A stretch of DNA of 11,977 nt from Elusimicrobiota bacterium (GTDB lineage: Bacteria > Elusimicrobiota > Elusimicrobia > Elusimicrobiales > UBA9959): assembly GCA_037137395.1 (NCBI GenBank), contig JBAXKK010000078.1:1-11977 (forward strand), written 5' to 3'. The position numbers and the translations under genes are program-made. Positions 1 through 6,691 of the stretch are shown here, piece by piece. A model generated the notes under the pieces. That model saw nothing but the letters and a program-made list of their open reading frames with translations, did not search any database and was not told the DNA's origin. Numbering within the stretch: position 1 is the first letter of the stretch; every line of letters begins with the position of its first letter.

Positions 1-564
1 GATATGATCGAGCGAGGGTTCAAGCGCCCCTTTCCCCATCTGAACAAGATATTTTTCCTTATGGTAAAGGCAGATTACCGGCGCCACACTTATCCTTTTT
101 ATGATAGACGAAGGGAAATGCTCTAAAAGAGCCGTCTTCATATCTTTAGGCAGCGAACGCTCCATAACATCGCGGAACTTGGCTTCGGTAAAATGGATTA
201 TATCGTGCAGGCTTTCTTCTTTTACCAGATTTTTCACTTTTCCGGAAGAAAATTCCGACCGAAAAAGAAGTCCTTTGTGGGAAAAGCCGTGCCCCTTGTA
301 CTGCACATACACATTGCTGCCGTCGCCCTTATACCTTATTCTCATACTGGCCCCGGAATGAAAAATATCGAAGCCCGGGGTATCTATAAACTGATCCATA
401 AACACGGCGCTCTTAATATGTTTTATCCCCTTTTTTCTGGCAAAGTAGGCCTTGATCCCATTGGCGGTTTCAGGAGATATTTTTTTCTTAGCTTCTATTT
501 CTATCCTGGAAGAATTATGGACCCGTAATTTATGACAAACATATGAGATGAGAAATTTGTTCAT
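1..564 (-). CDS. CYTH / triphosphate tunnel metalloenzyme domain protein (partial; 3' end beyond the left edge)
   Basis: Manual translation from ATG 564-562 is open to base 1 (188 codons): MNKFLISYVCHKLRVHNSSRIEIEAKKK...DQFIDTPGFDIFHSGASMRIRYKG...QYKG...RSEF...LEPSLDHI. It shows the CYTH ExExK motif (EIEAK), a DxxxDT motif, an RIR basic strand, and later K and RxE positions. The ORF track misses it because there is no stop codon in the window. Confidence 0.8.
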   Translation of the reverse strand, partial: MNKFLISYVCHKLRVHNSSRIEIEAKKKISPETANGIKAYFARKKGIKHIKSAVFMDQFIDTPGFDIFHSGASMRIRYKGDGSNVYVQYKGHGFSHKGLLFRSEFSSGKVKNLVKEESLHDIIHFTEAKFRDVMERSLPKDMKTALLEHFPSSIIKRISVAPVICLYHKEKYLVQMGKGALEPSLDHI

Positions 565-621
565 ATTTTTAGCAATCTTAAGATAGACCTTTCCGAATCA
601 AAACACATATACAGGAGATAT

Positions 622-650
622 ATGATAGCAGATGGCAGTCCTGAAGGCAA
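622..650 (-). promoter_or_regulatory. Putative sigma70-type promoter for the CYTH gene
   Basis: Minus strand reads TTGCCT (650-645), a 17-nt spacer, then TATCAT (627-622), with TG at the extended -10 position (TGcTATCAT). It lies about 57 nt upstream of ATG 564. Confidence 0.6.
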
Positions 651-666
651 AAAAGCAGACTGACAC

Positions 667-2121
667 CTAAAGGTAAACAGCGTAGGATTTGGGAGCGAGG
701 CTGGCGATTAATTTCCCACCGCTGGGCTTGAGCGTTACGCCGCTGTTTACGGCAGCGCGCGGATTTTTTCCGAGGGCGTCTTTTTTTATTATAAATTCTT
801 TCGGGAAATCGCTGTTATTCATCAGGCATACGATCTGGCCGCCCGGCAGGAACCGGCGGAAGGCTAAAACTTCGCCATCGCAGTATTCCTTCAGGAATTC
901 AAATTTACCGTCTTTTATGACCGGGTTGTTTTTGCGCAGAGCTGCCAGGGCTTTATATAGTTTCAGCAGGTCCGTATTCCACGCCTTTTTGTTTTCCCAG
1001 GGCATGGCCGCGCGGGAGCCGGCGTTAAGCACGCCTTCGAGGCCTATTTCCTCTCCGTAATAGACGTTCACGGCGCCGGGGAAAAGAAACGAAAATATAA
1101 CCGCCAGCTTAACCGATGCAATGTCGCCACCGTAGGTGTTCAGCATTCTGTCGGTGTCGTGGCTTGACATCATATTCATCTGCGCCAGCACGGTTTCCGG
1201 CTTATAGTTCCCAATCATGCGCTTGATATTGCCGATAAAAACTGTCTGATCTCCGGGCTCCAGTTTGCGGCCGGCGTAGGAGTGGGTGAGCTTCAGCTTT
1301 TTCCCGCCGAAGTACGAAATACAGGCGGCGCTCAGCTGATAATTCATCACCGCGTCGAACTGATCTCCTTTGAGCCAACGCGACGCTTCCCCCCAGATCT
1401 CTCCGGTGATATAGCAGCCGGGGTTCACGGCCTTGCATATGCGCCTGAACTGGCGCCAGAACGAGTCATCGTCTATTTCATTAGGAACGTCCAGGCGCCA
1501 GCCGTCTATTCCCTGCTCCAGCCAATGTCGGGCCACATCAAGGATGAATTTACGCACATCAGGGTTGGCGGTATTGAATTTGGGCAAAGCGGGGAGATTC
1601 CACCAGCAGGCGTAGTTCGGCTTTTCGCCACGCCCCAGGTTGTAAGCTTTCACCGGATAGCCATGGGTATGGAACCAGCGCCGGTAAGGCGAGGCCGCGC
1701 CGTTTTCCATGATGTGATTAAACTGAAAAAAGCCGCGGCTGGCGTGGTTGAACACTCCGTCAAGGATAACCTTTATACCGCGCTTATGCGCCGCCTTCAG
1801 GAACGATTTAAAGGCTTCATTTCCGCCCAGCACGGGGTCAACGCTGTAGTAATCAAAGGTATGATAGCGGTGGTTGGCAGCGGAGGAGAAAATGGGGTTA
1901 AAATAAACAACGCTCACGCCCAGGCCCAGCAGATATTCCAGCTTCTCTTCCACGCCCTTCAGATTGCCGCCCTTGAAGCCGTCCCGGGTTTCAGGGTAGT
2001 CCCATTTCTCAAATATCCCGTCGGCCTTTACGGACGCGGACATCGCGAAACGATCCGGGAAGATCTGATAAATTACCGCGCCCTTTATCCAATCAATATT
2101 TTTCATACGGCTTTCATACAC
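667..2121 (-). CDS. Glycoside hydrolase family 13, neopullulanase/cyclomaltodextrinase/maltodextrin glucosidase-like (no N-terminal CBM domain, no signal peptide)
   Basis: 484 aa with YQIFPDRF, GGNLKG, NHRYHT, DGVFNH (region I), LPKFN (region V, neopullulanase-type), GWRLDVPNE (nucleophile Asp), GEIW (acid/base Glu), SSHD (region IV) and YYGEEIG. Confidence 0.93.
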   Translation of the reverse strand: MYESRMKNIDWIKGAVIYQIFPDRFAMSASVKADGIFEKWDYPETRDGFKGGNLKGVEEKLEYLLGLGVSVVYFNPIFSSAANHRYHTFDYYSVDPVLGGNEAFKSFLKAAHKRGIKVILDGVFNHASRGFFQFNHIMENGAASPYRRWFHTHGYPVKAYNLGRGEKPNYACWWNLPALPKFNTANPDVRKFILDVARHWLEQGIDGWRLDVPNEIDDDSFWRQFRRICKAVNPGCYITGEIWGEASRWLKGDQFDAVMNYQLSAACISYFGGKKLKLTHSYAGRKLEPGDQTVFIGNIKRMIGNYKPETVLAQMNMMSSHDTDRMLNTYGGDIASVKLAVIFSFLFPGAVNVYYGEEIGLEGVLNAGSRAAMPWENKKAWNTDLLKLYKALAALRKNNPVIKDGKFEFLKEYCDGEVLAFRRFLPGGQIVCLMNNSDFPKEFIIKKDALGKNPRAAVNSGVTLKPSGGKLIASLAPKSYAVYL

Positions 2122-2148
2122 ACTACCCGGCTTGCCGCGCCTCAGGGC

Positions 2149-3159
2149 CTACAGGTCGCAAATCGTCTTATCGAACCTGATCTCGGAATTCTCGCCGATA
2201 TTTATCTGCTCGCGCCGACCAATAATAGTGGCGCTTGGGCCGACCAGAGATTTACTGAGGTTCATATTCATAATAACAGCGTTCTCGTTTATTATGGAAT
2301 CGGAAACTATAGAGTAATCCATGGTCACCCCGTCGCCTATGGAGACATAGGGACCTATTATGGAGTTGGACACCTTGGCTCTGGGGGAGATATACACAGG
2401 CTCCAACACCGAACAGCCGGGCGCGCGATAAGGCGGATTTTTCTTTTTCAGTATATACCTGTTAGTTTCAAGAAGAGTCTCAGGCTTTCCGCAGTCATAC
2501 CACCCATCGATGGTGACGGGGATAAATCTGTGTCCACCCTTGAGCATCATAACCATAGCGTCTGTCAGCTGTATCTCGCCTTTGGTGGTCCTGCCGGAGT
2601 GAACCAAGCGGTCAAGACTCTGAAATAGCGGCTTAGAGTCCTTGAAGGCGTAAATGCCCACGATCGCCATCTTTGAGACAGGGTGAATCGGTTTCTCCAC
2701 CATACCCGTGATGCGCCCGCGCTCAATGTCCACCACTCCGAAGCGGCGCGGGTCCGCGACTTCCCTCACGGCGATGGCGTCTTCTCCAGCGTTCATGAAC
2801 TTGCGCAGGTCCGCCGAAATAATGGTGTCACCCAGCATGACCAGCGCGGGCCCCTTCACGTAGTTACGGGTGATCCAGATAGCGTGCCCCAGACCCTTTG
2901 GCTCCTCCTGGACGATATACGAAACGTCCAGCCGCGGATATTTTTCTGAGATATAGCTTTTGATCTTGTCGCCCATGTAACCGATAACCATATAGATTTT
3001 TTTTATGCCTGCGCGGGAGACCTCGTCCAGGATATGGCCGATGATGGGCTTGTCGCCTACTGTCAACAGCACCTTGGGGTAGGTGTGAGTGTGAGGCCGG
3101 AGCCGGGTCCCAGCCCCGGCCACTGGTATTATCGCCGAAAATTCATTTTTATTTTTCAT
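2149..3159 (-). CDS. Sugar-1-phosphate nucleotidyltransferase, long form (glucose-1-phosphate thymidylyltransferase-like) with C-terminal left-handed beta-helix
   Basis: 336 aa with AGAGTRLRPHT..PK, QEEPKGLGHA, LGD, EKP, GEIQLTDA and WYDCGK, followed by hexapeptide-like repeats (NSIIGPYVSIGDG, DSIINENA). GAGG SD-like sequence upstream. The nucleotide and sugar specificity cannot be determined from sequence. Confidence 0.9.
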   Translation of the reverse strand: MKNKNEFSAIIPVAGAGTRLRPHTHTYPKVLLTVGDKPIIGHILDEVSRAGIKKIYMVIGYMGDKIKSYISEKYPRLDVSYIVQEEPKGLGHAIWITRNYVKGPALVMLGDTIISADLRKFMNAGEDAIAVREVADPRRFGVVDIERGRITGMVEKPIHPVSKMAIVGIYAFKDSKPLFQSLDRLVHSGRTTKGEIQLTDAMVMMLKGGHRFIPVTIDGWYDCGKPETLLETNRYILKKKNPPYRAPGCSVLEPVYISPRAKVSNSIIGPYVSIGDGVTMDYSIVSDSIINENAVIMNMNLSKSLVGPSATIIGRREQINIGENSEIRFDKTICDL

Positions 3160-3190
3160 TATGCTTTCCTCATATTCCTATTTTCATATA

Positions 3191-3219
3191 ATTAAAACAA
3201 ACTACCGGCTGAAAAGCAA
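3191..3219 (-). promoter_or_regulatory. Putative sigma70-type promoter for the nucleotidyltransferase-GH13 pair
   Basis: Minus strand reads TTGCTT (3219-3214), a 17-nt spacer ending in TGt, then TTTAAT (3196-3191), in an AT-rich 84-bp intergenic gap. Confidence 0.45.
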
Positions 3220-3243
3220 AATACTGCGGTGCACCCTGGTTAC

Positions 3244-3531
3244 CTATAACAGAACCGATACGAAGAGCAACGCCAGCACTATAAAAGACGCCAGTGCGAA
3301 ATGATATTCCCTGGTGCGCCAATAGCCGTAAACTAACATGATCACGCGCGCCGCCGGCGTGACCATCAGCACTATCACACCGGCGCGCAAAGCAAAAACG
3401 GCGGCCGCCGCGGAGTCTGAGTATCTGAAAGCGAATCCCAGGAAGAAAAAGAAAAGGCTGAGGAACACGCCGGCGCTAAGCGTGCGCCGGATAAGCTTCC
3501 CTAAATCCTTTTCAGAAAAAATTCCGATCAT
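3244..3531 (-). CDS. DUF1634-like small membrane protein
   Basis: 95 aa with three hydrophobic segments, LxxGVxxS near the N-terminus and a GxxxLxxTPxxRV motif. It lies directly downstream of a TauE/SafE gene, the usual context for this family. Confidence 0.78.
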   Translation of the reverse strand: MIGIFSEKDLGKLIRRTLSAGVFLSLFFFFLGFAFRYSDSAAAAVFALRAGVIVLMVTPAARVIMLVYGYWRTREYHFALASFIVLALLFVSVLL

Positions 3532-3558
3532 AATTGATCTACCGCTGTTCCAGCAGCC

Positions 3559-4416
3559 TTACAAAGCCCTGTTCAACATCATCACTGCTACAACAAGCAC
3601 CAGCGCCGAAAAAACTATTTGTATCTTCTCGGATCTGGTCTTGTAAAGGATATAGATTCCGGTAAAAGAACCGAGCAGGACTCCGATAACGATTACCGCG
3701 GCCAGGTCGGGAATTAGGTATCCTTTCCTGAAATATATAAAAGCGCTGGCGGCCGCGGAAACACCTATTATAAAATTGCTGGTAGCGGCCGCCGCTTTGA
3801 TGGGCACTGCGCACAGAAGGTTCATAACAGGCACCTGTATTATCCCCCCGCCCAAGCCCAACAGGCCTGAAAGTCCGCCTGCGAAAAAAGAGATGAAAGA
3901 GGCTGGAGCGATATTTTTCACCCGGTAAGCGGTGCGTGAATTTATTGACGGGTCAAAGAATTCCGAGTCAAAAACTCCCACCGGTGTTTCCGCAGCCATG
4001 CCGGTCGGGCCATGGAGAGCATCCCCGTGTTTAAGGACGCGACGGCTCTTGAGGAACATACTGAACGCTACAGGGAAAAGTGTGATTGAAAATAAAAATT
4101 GGACGATATTGGGAGCAAGCAGACCGGAAACCAGGGCCCCGACTATCGAACCCAAAGCCGTGGTAACTTCCAGAGTAACGCCAAGGCGCATATTGGCCAG
4201 GCCGCGTTCAATGTTAACGGAGGCCACCGCGCTTGAAGTGGCGACGATCGCGACCAGCGATACAGCTATGGCCTGATGTATCGGAATCCCCAGAGCCAGA
4301 ACCAGCGCCGGAACTATGAAGATTCCGCCACCCACGCCCATGACGGAACCCAAAACGCCGATACAAAATCCAAAGGTCACGAGCAGAGGAAAATTTATAA
4401 GGTTAAGTTCGAACAT
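3559..4416 (-). CDS. TauE/SafE (TSUP) family putative sulfite/sulfur-compound exporter
   Basis: 285 aa, highly hydrophobic, with an internally duplicated Gly-rich motif (GSVMGVGGGIFIVP and GLLGLGGGIIQVP) and PIKAAAATSNF. Confidence 0.9.
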   Translation of the reverse strand: MFELNLINFPLLVTFGFCIGVLGSVMGVGGGIFIVPALVLALGIPIHQAIAVSLVAIVATSSAVASVNIERGLANMRLGVTLEVTTALGSIVGALVSGLLAPNIVQFLFSITLFPVAFSMFLKSRRVLKHGDALHGPTGMAAETPVGVFDSEFFDPSINSRTAYRVKNIAPASFISFFAGGLSGLLGLGGGIIQVPVMNLLCAVPIKAAAATSNFIIGVSAAASAFIYFRKGYLIPDLAAVIVIGVLLGSFTGIYILYKTRSEKIQIVFSALVLVVAVMMLNRAL

Positions 4417-4426
4417 GTGGAGTTTG

Positions 4427-4480
4427 TAGAGGATCAGCGAATAAGGAGCTCTTCTATCCTCTAATCCTCTAGTCCTCTAT
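4427..4480. repeat. Degenerate ~8-nt tandem micro-array with one inverted copy, overlapping the patatin stop codon
   Basis: CTATCCT (4454-4460), CTAATCCT (4461-4468), CTAGTCCT (4469-4476), CTAT. The inverted copy TAGAGGATCA (4427-4436) matches the reverse complement of TAATCCTCTA (4462-4471) at 9 of 10 positions. Confidence 0.6.
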
Positions 4481-5387
4481 TTATCCAGCCCTCAGCTTCC
4501 CGCTCGCCTACAGCAAAGGCGCGCGCGCACTTTGGACCGTTGAACTCCAAAACGCCCAGGTCAAGATCCATCGGCGGTTTGATGTAATGGACAACAGGAT
4601 TTGACTTTATGAATACCCGCGACTCATATATCTTCTGCGTGTGGATAGCCAGCATTCTCCTGACCTTTGACTCAAAGTATCCGAAAGCCCCCACGGAGGG
4701 GAAGTTAACGTCTTCGTCGCGGGAATTCCCTATCATAACAATGGTCTTGCATCCTTCAAAGATATTAAGGTTGATATTGGCGATACCGATAACACCACCG
4801 TCTACCAGATGATAGGTGCGGCCGTTCTCAGTGACCTCCACCGGAGGGAAAATCAGGGGGATGGCGCAACTGGCGACCAGCGCGTCCAGGAAAGAGAGAT
4901 TGTGGCTGTGAGTGCCGCCGTCGAACTTTACGATATAAGGCAGCTTCATCTCCACGGCGTGACTAATCACGTAAAAATTTATCTTGCGTTTAAAATTGGC
5001 GCCCGTTTTGGAGAGCCAGGATTCGAGGAATTCATAAACCGGCGCGCTTGAAAACAGATACATCCTGGAAGCGTGCTGCTGAAAAAGAAAACCTATCTTG
5101 GAGAAAAATCCGGGGTTATGGTGCTGGTACAACTCCAGCGGTATATTATGATAGCCCGGTCGGATGGACAAGATGCGATCGGCTTTCATGCCCGCCCAGA
5201 GATCGCGCAGCTCACCGGTTTTGCCGTAGCAATAGGCCGCACCGTTAAGCGCCCCTACGCTGAAACCGGCTACGGCGTCAAATTCCATGCCGCTGGAAAC
5301 GAGCTTCGCCAGCACGCCGGACTGCCAGCTGCCGAGCGCACCGCCTCCGCACAGGAACAAGCCCACCGGTCCTTTCAATTTATCCAT
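4461..5387 (-). CDS. Patatin-like phospholipase/esterase
   Basis: GGGALG oxyanion motif, GFSVG (GxSxG nucleophile), ASCAIP.IFPPV and DGG catalytic Asp. The start is placed at ATG 5387 (MDKLKG..., 308 aa) rather than 5444, because the extension overlaps a -10 element and a palindrome. Confidence 0.9.
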   Translation of the reverse strand: MDKLKGPVGLFLCGGGALGSWQSGVLAKLVSSGMEFDAVAGFSVGALNGAAYCYGKTGELRDLWAGMKADRILSIRPGYHNIPLELYQHHNPGFFSKIGFLFQQHASRMYLFSSAPVYEFLESWLSKTGANFKRKINFYVISHAVEMKLPYIVKFDGGTHSHNLSFLDALVASCAIPLIFPPVEVTENGRTYHLVDGGVIGIANINLNIFEGCKTIVMIGNSRDEDVNFPSVGAFGYFESKVRRMLAIHTQKIYESRVFIKSNPVVHYIKPPMDLDLGVLEFNGPKCARAFAVGEREAEGWINRGLED

Positions 5388-5403
5388 TTTCTTTTGCGTC
5401 CCT

Positions 5404-5422
5404 AAAGTAATAGAATTACTTT
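5404..5422. promoter_or_regulatory. Perfect 8-3-8 inverted repeat, candidate operator
   Basis: AAAGTAAT-aga-ATTACTTT, located between the putative -10 and the patatin start codon. Confidence 0.45.
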
Positions 5423-5432
5423 TACGATTGAT

Positions 5433-5441
5433 ATTGTAGCA
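5433..5441 (-). promoter_or_regulatory. Putative extended -10 promoter for patatin-TauE-DUF1634
   Basis: Minus strand reads TGcTACAAT. There is no good -35; an inverted repeat GCGGTC-N5-GACCGC (5449-5465) covers that position. Confidence 0.5.
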
Positions 5442-5565
5442 CAATCAAGCGGTCGTACAGACCGCCGGGAAACGTAAAGCGGTAATAGTAACAACAATTC
5501 CATGTTTCAGGTCTTACGGTTCACTTGCCCTTTACCCTTTGCGCTTTCCGTTTTGCGATAAAATT

Positions 5566-6615
5566 ATGAACGATTATATCACGATAGCTGGTCTGGCCCT
5601 GATAATGAGCCTTACGCTTTTCCTCCCTTTTTCAGTGAAAAAAGTTGAAGAGGAACTTGAATCTTTTCTTTTTGTGATGGGCCTTGCCGCGGTTACCATA
5701 TCCGGACAATGGGCGTTTAGCCTTATAAGGGACGCGTTCAGCGAGCCGGTCAAAATCACCATGGCTGTACTGGTCCTGGGCTTCGCTTTCAGGGCCGCGC
5801 GTCCAAGACTTAAAGGCTGGCTGGAAAAACTCATAAAGGCCCTGGGGATACGTTGGGCGATATTCACCATAATCCTTGTCCTCGGCCTGGGCTCAAGCCT
5901 GATGACGGCCATTATAGCCGCACTGGCGCTGGCCGAGATCATAACACTTCTGAAACTTGAAAGGGGCTACGAGATTAAGATCGTGATTTACGCATGCTAT
6001 GCTATAGGCCTTGGCGCCGCCCTCACTCCGATAGGAGAACCGCTTTCGACAATAGCCGTGGCGAAACTTAAGGAACCGCCGCATAGCGCCGATTTTTTCT
6101 ACCTGTTAAACCAGTTAGGCATATGGGTTATACCCGGGGTGTTTCTGACCGCCTTCCTGGGTTCCCGCGGGGCAGGCCAGACCGCCTCTCATAAACCAGG
6201 CCTGTCAGAGGATGCGGTTGAAACAAATAAAAGTATCGTCCTGCGCGGAATAAAAGTCTATGTCTTCGTAATGGCGCTGATCTTACTGGGCGCCGGCCTT
6301 ACCCCGCTCGCAGAGCGCTTTGTGCCGCACATGTCGACCTGGGCCCTTTACTGGGCTAATTCCATATCCGCCATTTTGGATAACGCCACGCTGGCGGCGG
6401 CCGAACTGGTGCCGAGCATGACAGACCGTCAGGTCAAGTTCGTATTAATGGGCCTGCTGATTTCCGGCGGTATGCTCATCCCCGGCAATATCCCCAACAT
6501 TATAAGCGCCTCAAAACTTAAGATCAAGTCCGGTGAATGGGCCAGAACGGCGGTACCTTACGGAGCCTTCCTGATGCTGGGCTATTTCATACTGCTGAGT
6601 ATATTTGTAAAATAG
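5566..6615 (+). CDS. DUF1646-like membrane protein (putative cation/solute transporter, IT-superfamily-like)
   Basis: Polytopic membrane protein with LPF..KKVEEELE.FLF.MG, IGLGAALTPIGEPLSTI, SAILDNATLAAAE and GGMLIPGNIPNII. ATG 5566 is preferred over TTG 5539. Confidence 0.82.
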   Translation: MNDYITIAGLALIMSLTLFLPFSVKKVEEELESFLFVMGLAAVTISGQWAFSLIRDAFSEPVKITMAVLVLGFAFRAARPRLKGWLEKLIKALGIRWAIFTIILVLGLGSSLMTAIIAALALAEIITLLKLERGYEIKIVIYACYAIGLGAALTPIGEPLSTIAVAKLKEPPHSADFFYLLNQLGIWVIPGVFLTAFLGSRGAGQTASHKPGLSEDAVETNKSIVLRGIKVYVFVMALILLGAGLTPLAERFVPHMSTWALYWANSISAILDNATLAAAELVPSMTDRQVKFVLMGLLISGGMLIPGNIPNIISASKLKIKSGEWARTAVPYGAFLMLGYFILLSIFVK

Positions 6616-6643
6616 CACAAGGGGATGAGCATAACTAACTCAC

Positions 6644-6674
6644 TTACCCTATACCCTGATCCCTGTACCCTGAT
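6644..6674 (+). repeat. Degenerate 7-nt tandem micro-array upstream of the tnaA RBS
   Basis: TTACCCT ATACCCT GATCCCT GTACCCT GAT. TACCCTGAT recurs at a 14-nt period (6652-6660 and 6666-6674). Confidence 0.7.
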
Positions 6675-6678
6675 TTTT

Positions 6679-6684
6679 AAGGAG
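6679..6684 (+). promoter_or_regulatory. Shine-Dalgarno site of tnaA
   Basis: AAGGAG located 7 nt upstream of ATG 6692. Confidence 0.8.
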
Positions 6685-6691
6685 TCTTCTA

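Noticed and set aside
101..528. Plus-strand ORFs 101-361 and 193-528
   Set aside because: They are antisense shadows of the motif-bearing CYTH frame and show no recognisable features.
613..663. AGGAG followed by a 13-codon plus-strand ORF, MIADGSPEGKKAD (622-663)
   Set aside because: SD spacing is only 4 nt, and the ATGATA is better explained as the reverse complement of the minus-strand -10 (TATCAT).
1282..2628. 448-aa plus-strand ORF spanning two minus-strand genes
   Set aside because: It is in codon register antisense to two well-supported genes that happen to share a frame, and it has no motifs. This is a typical shadow ORF.
3539..3814. 91-aa alternative-frame minus-strand ORF inside tauE
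   Set aside because: It overlaps an intact TauE C-terminus, has a non-protein-like Arg-rich composition, and no frameshift is needed to explain the locus.
5388..5444. 19-aa N-terminal extension of patatin in the ORF track
   Set aside because: It overlaps the predicted -10 and the palindrome. The patatin fold starts just after ATG 5387.
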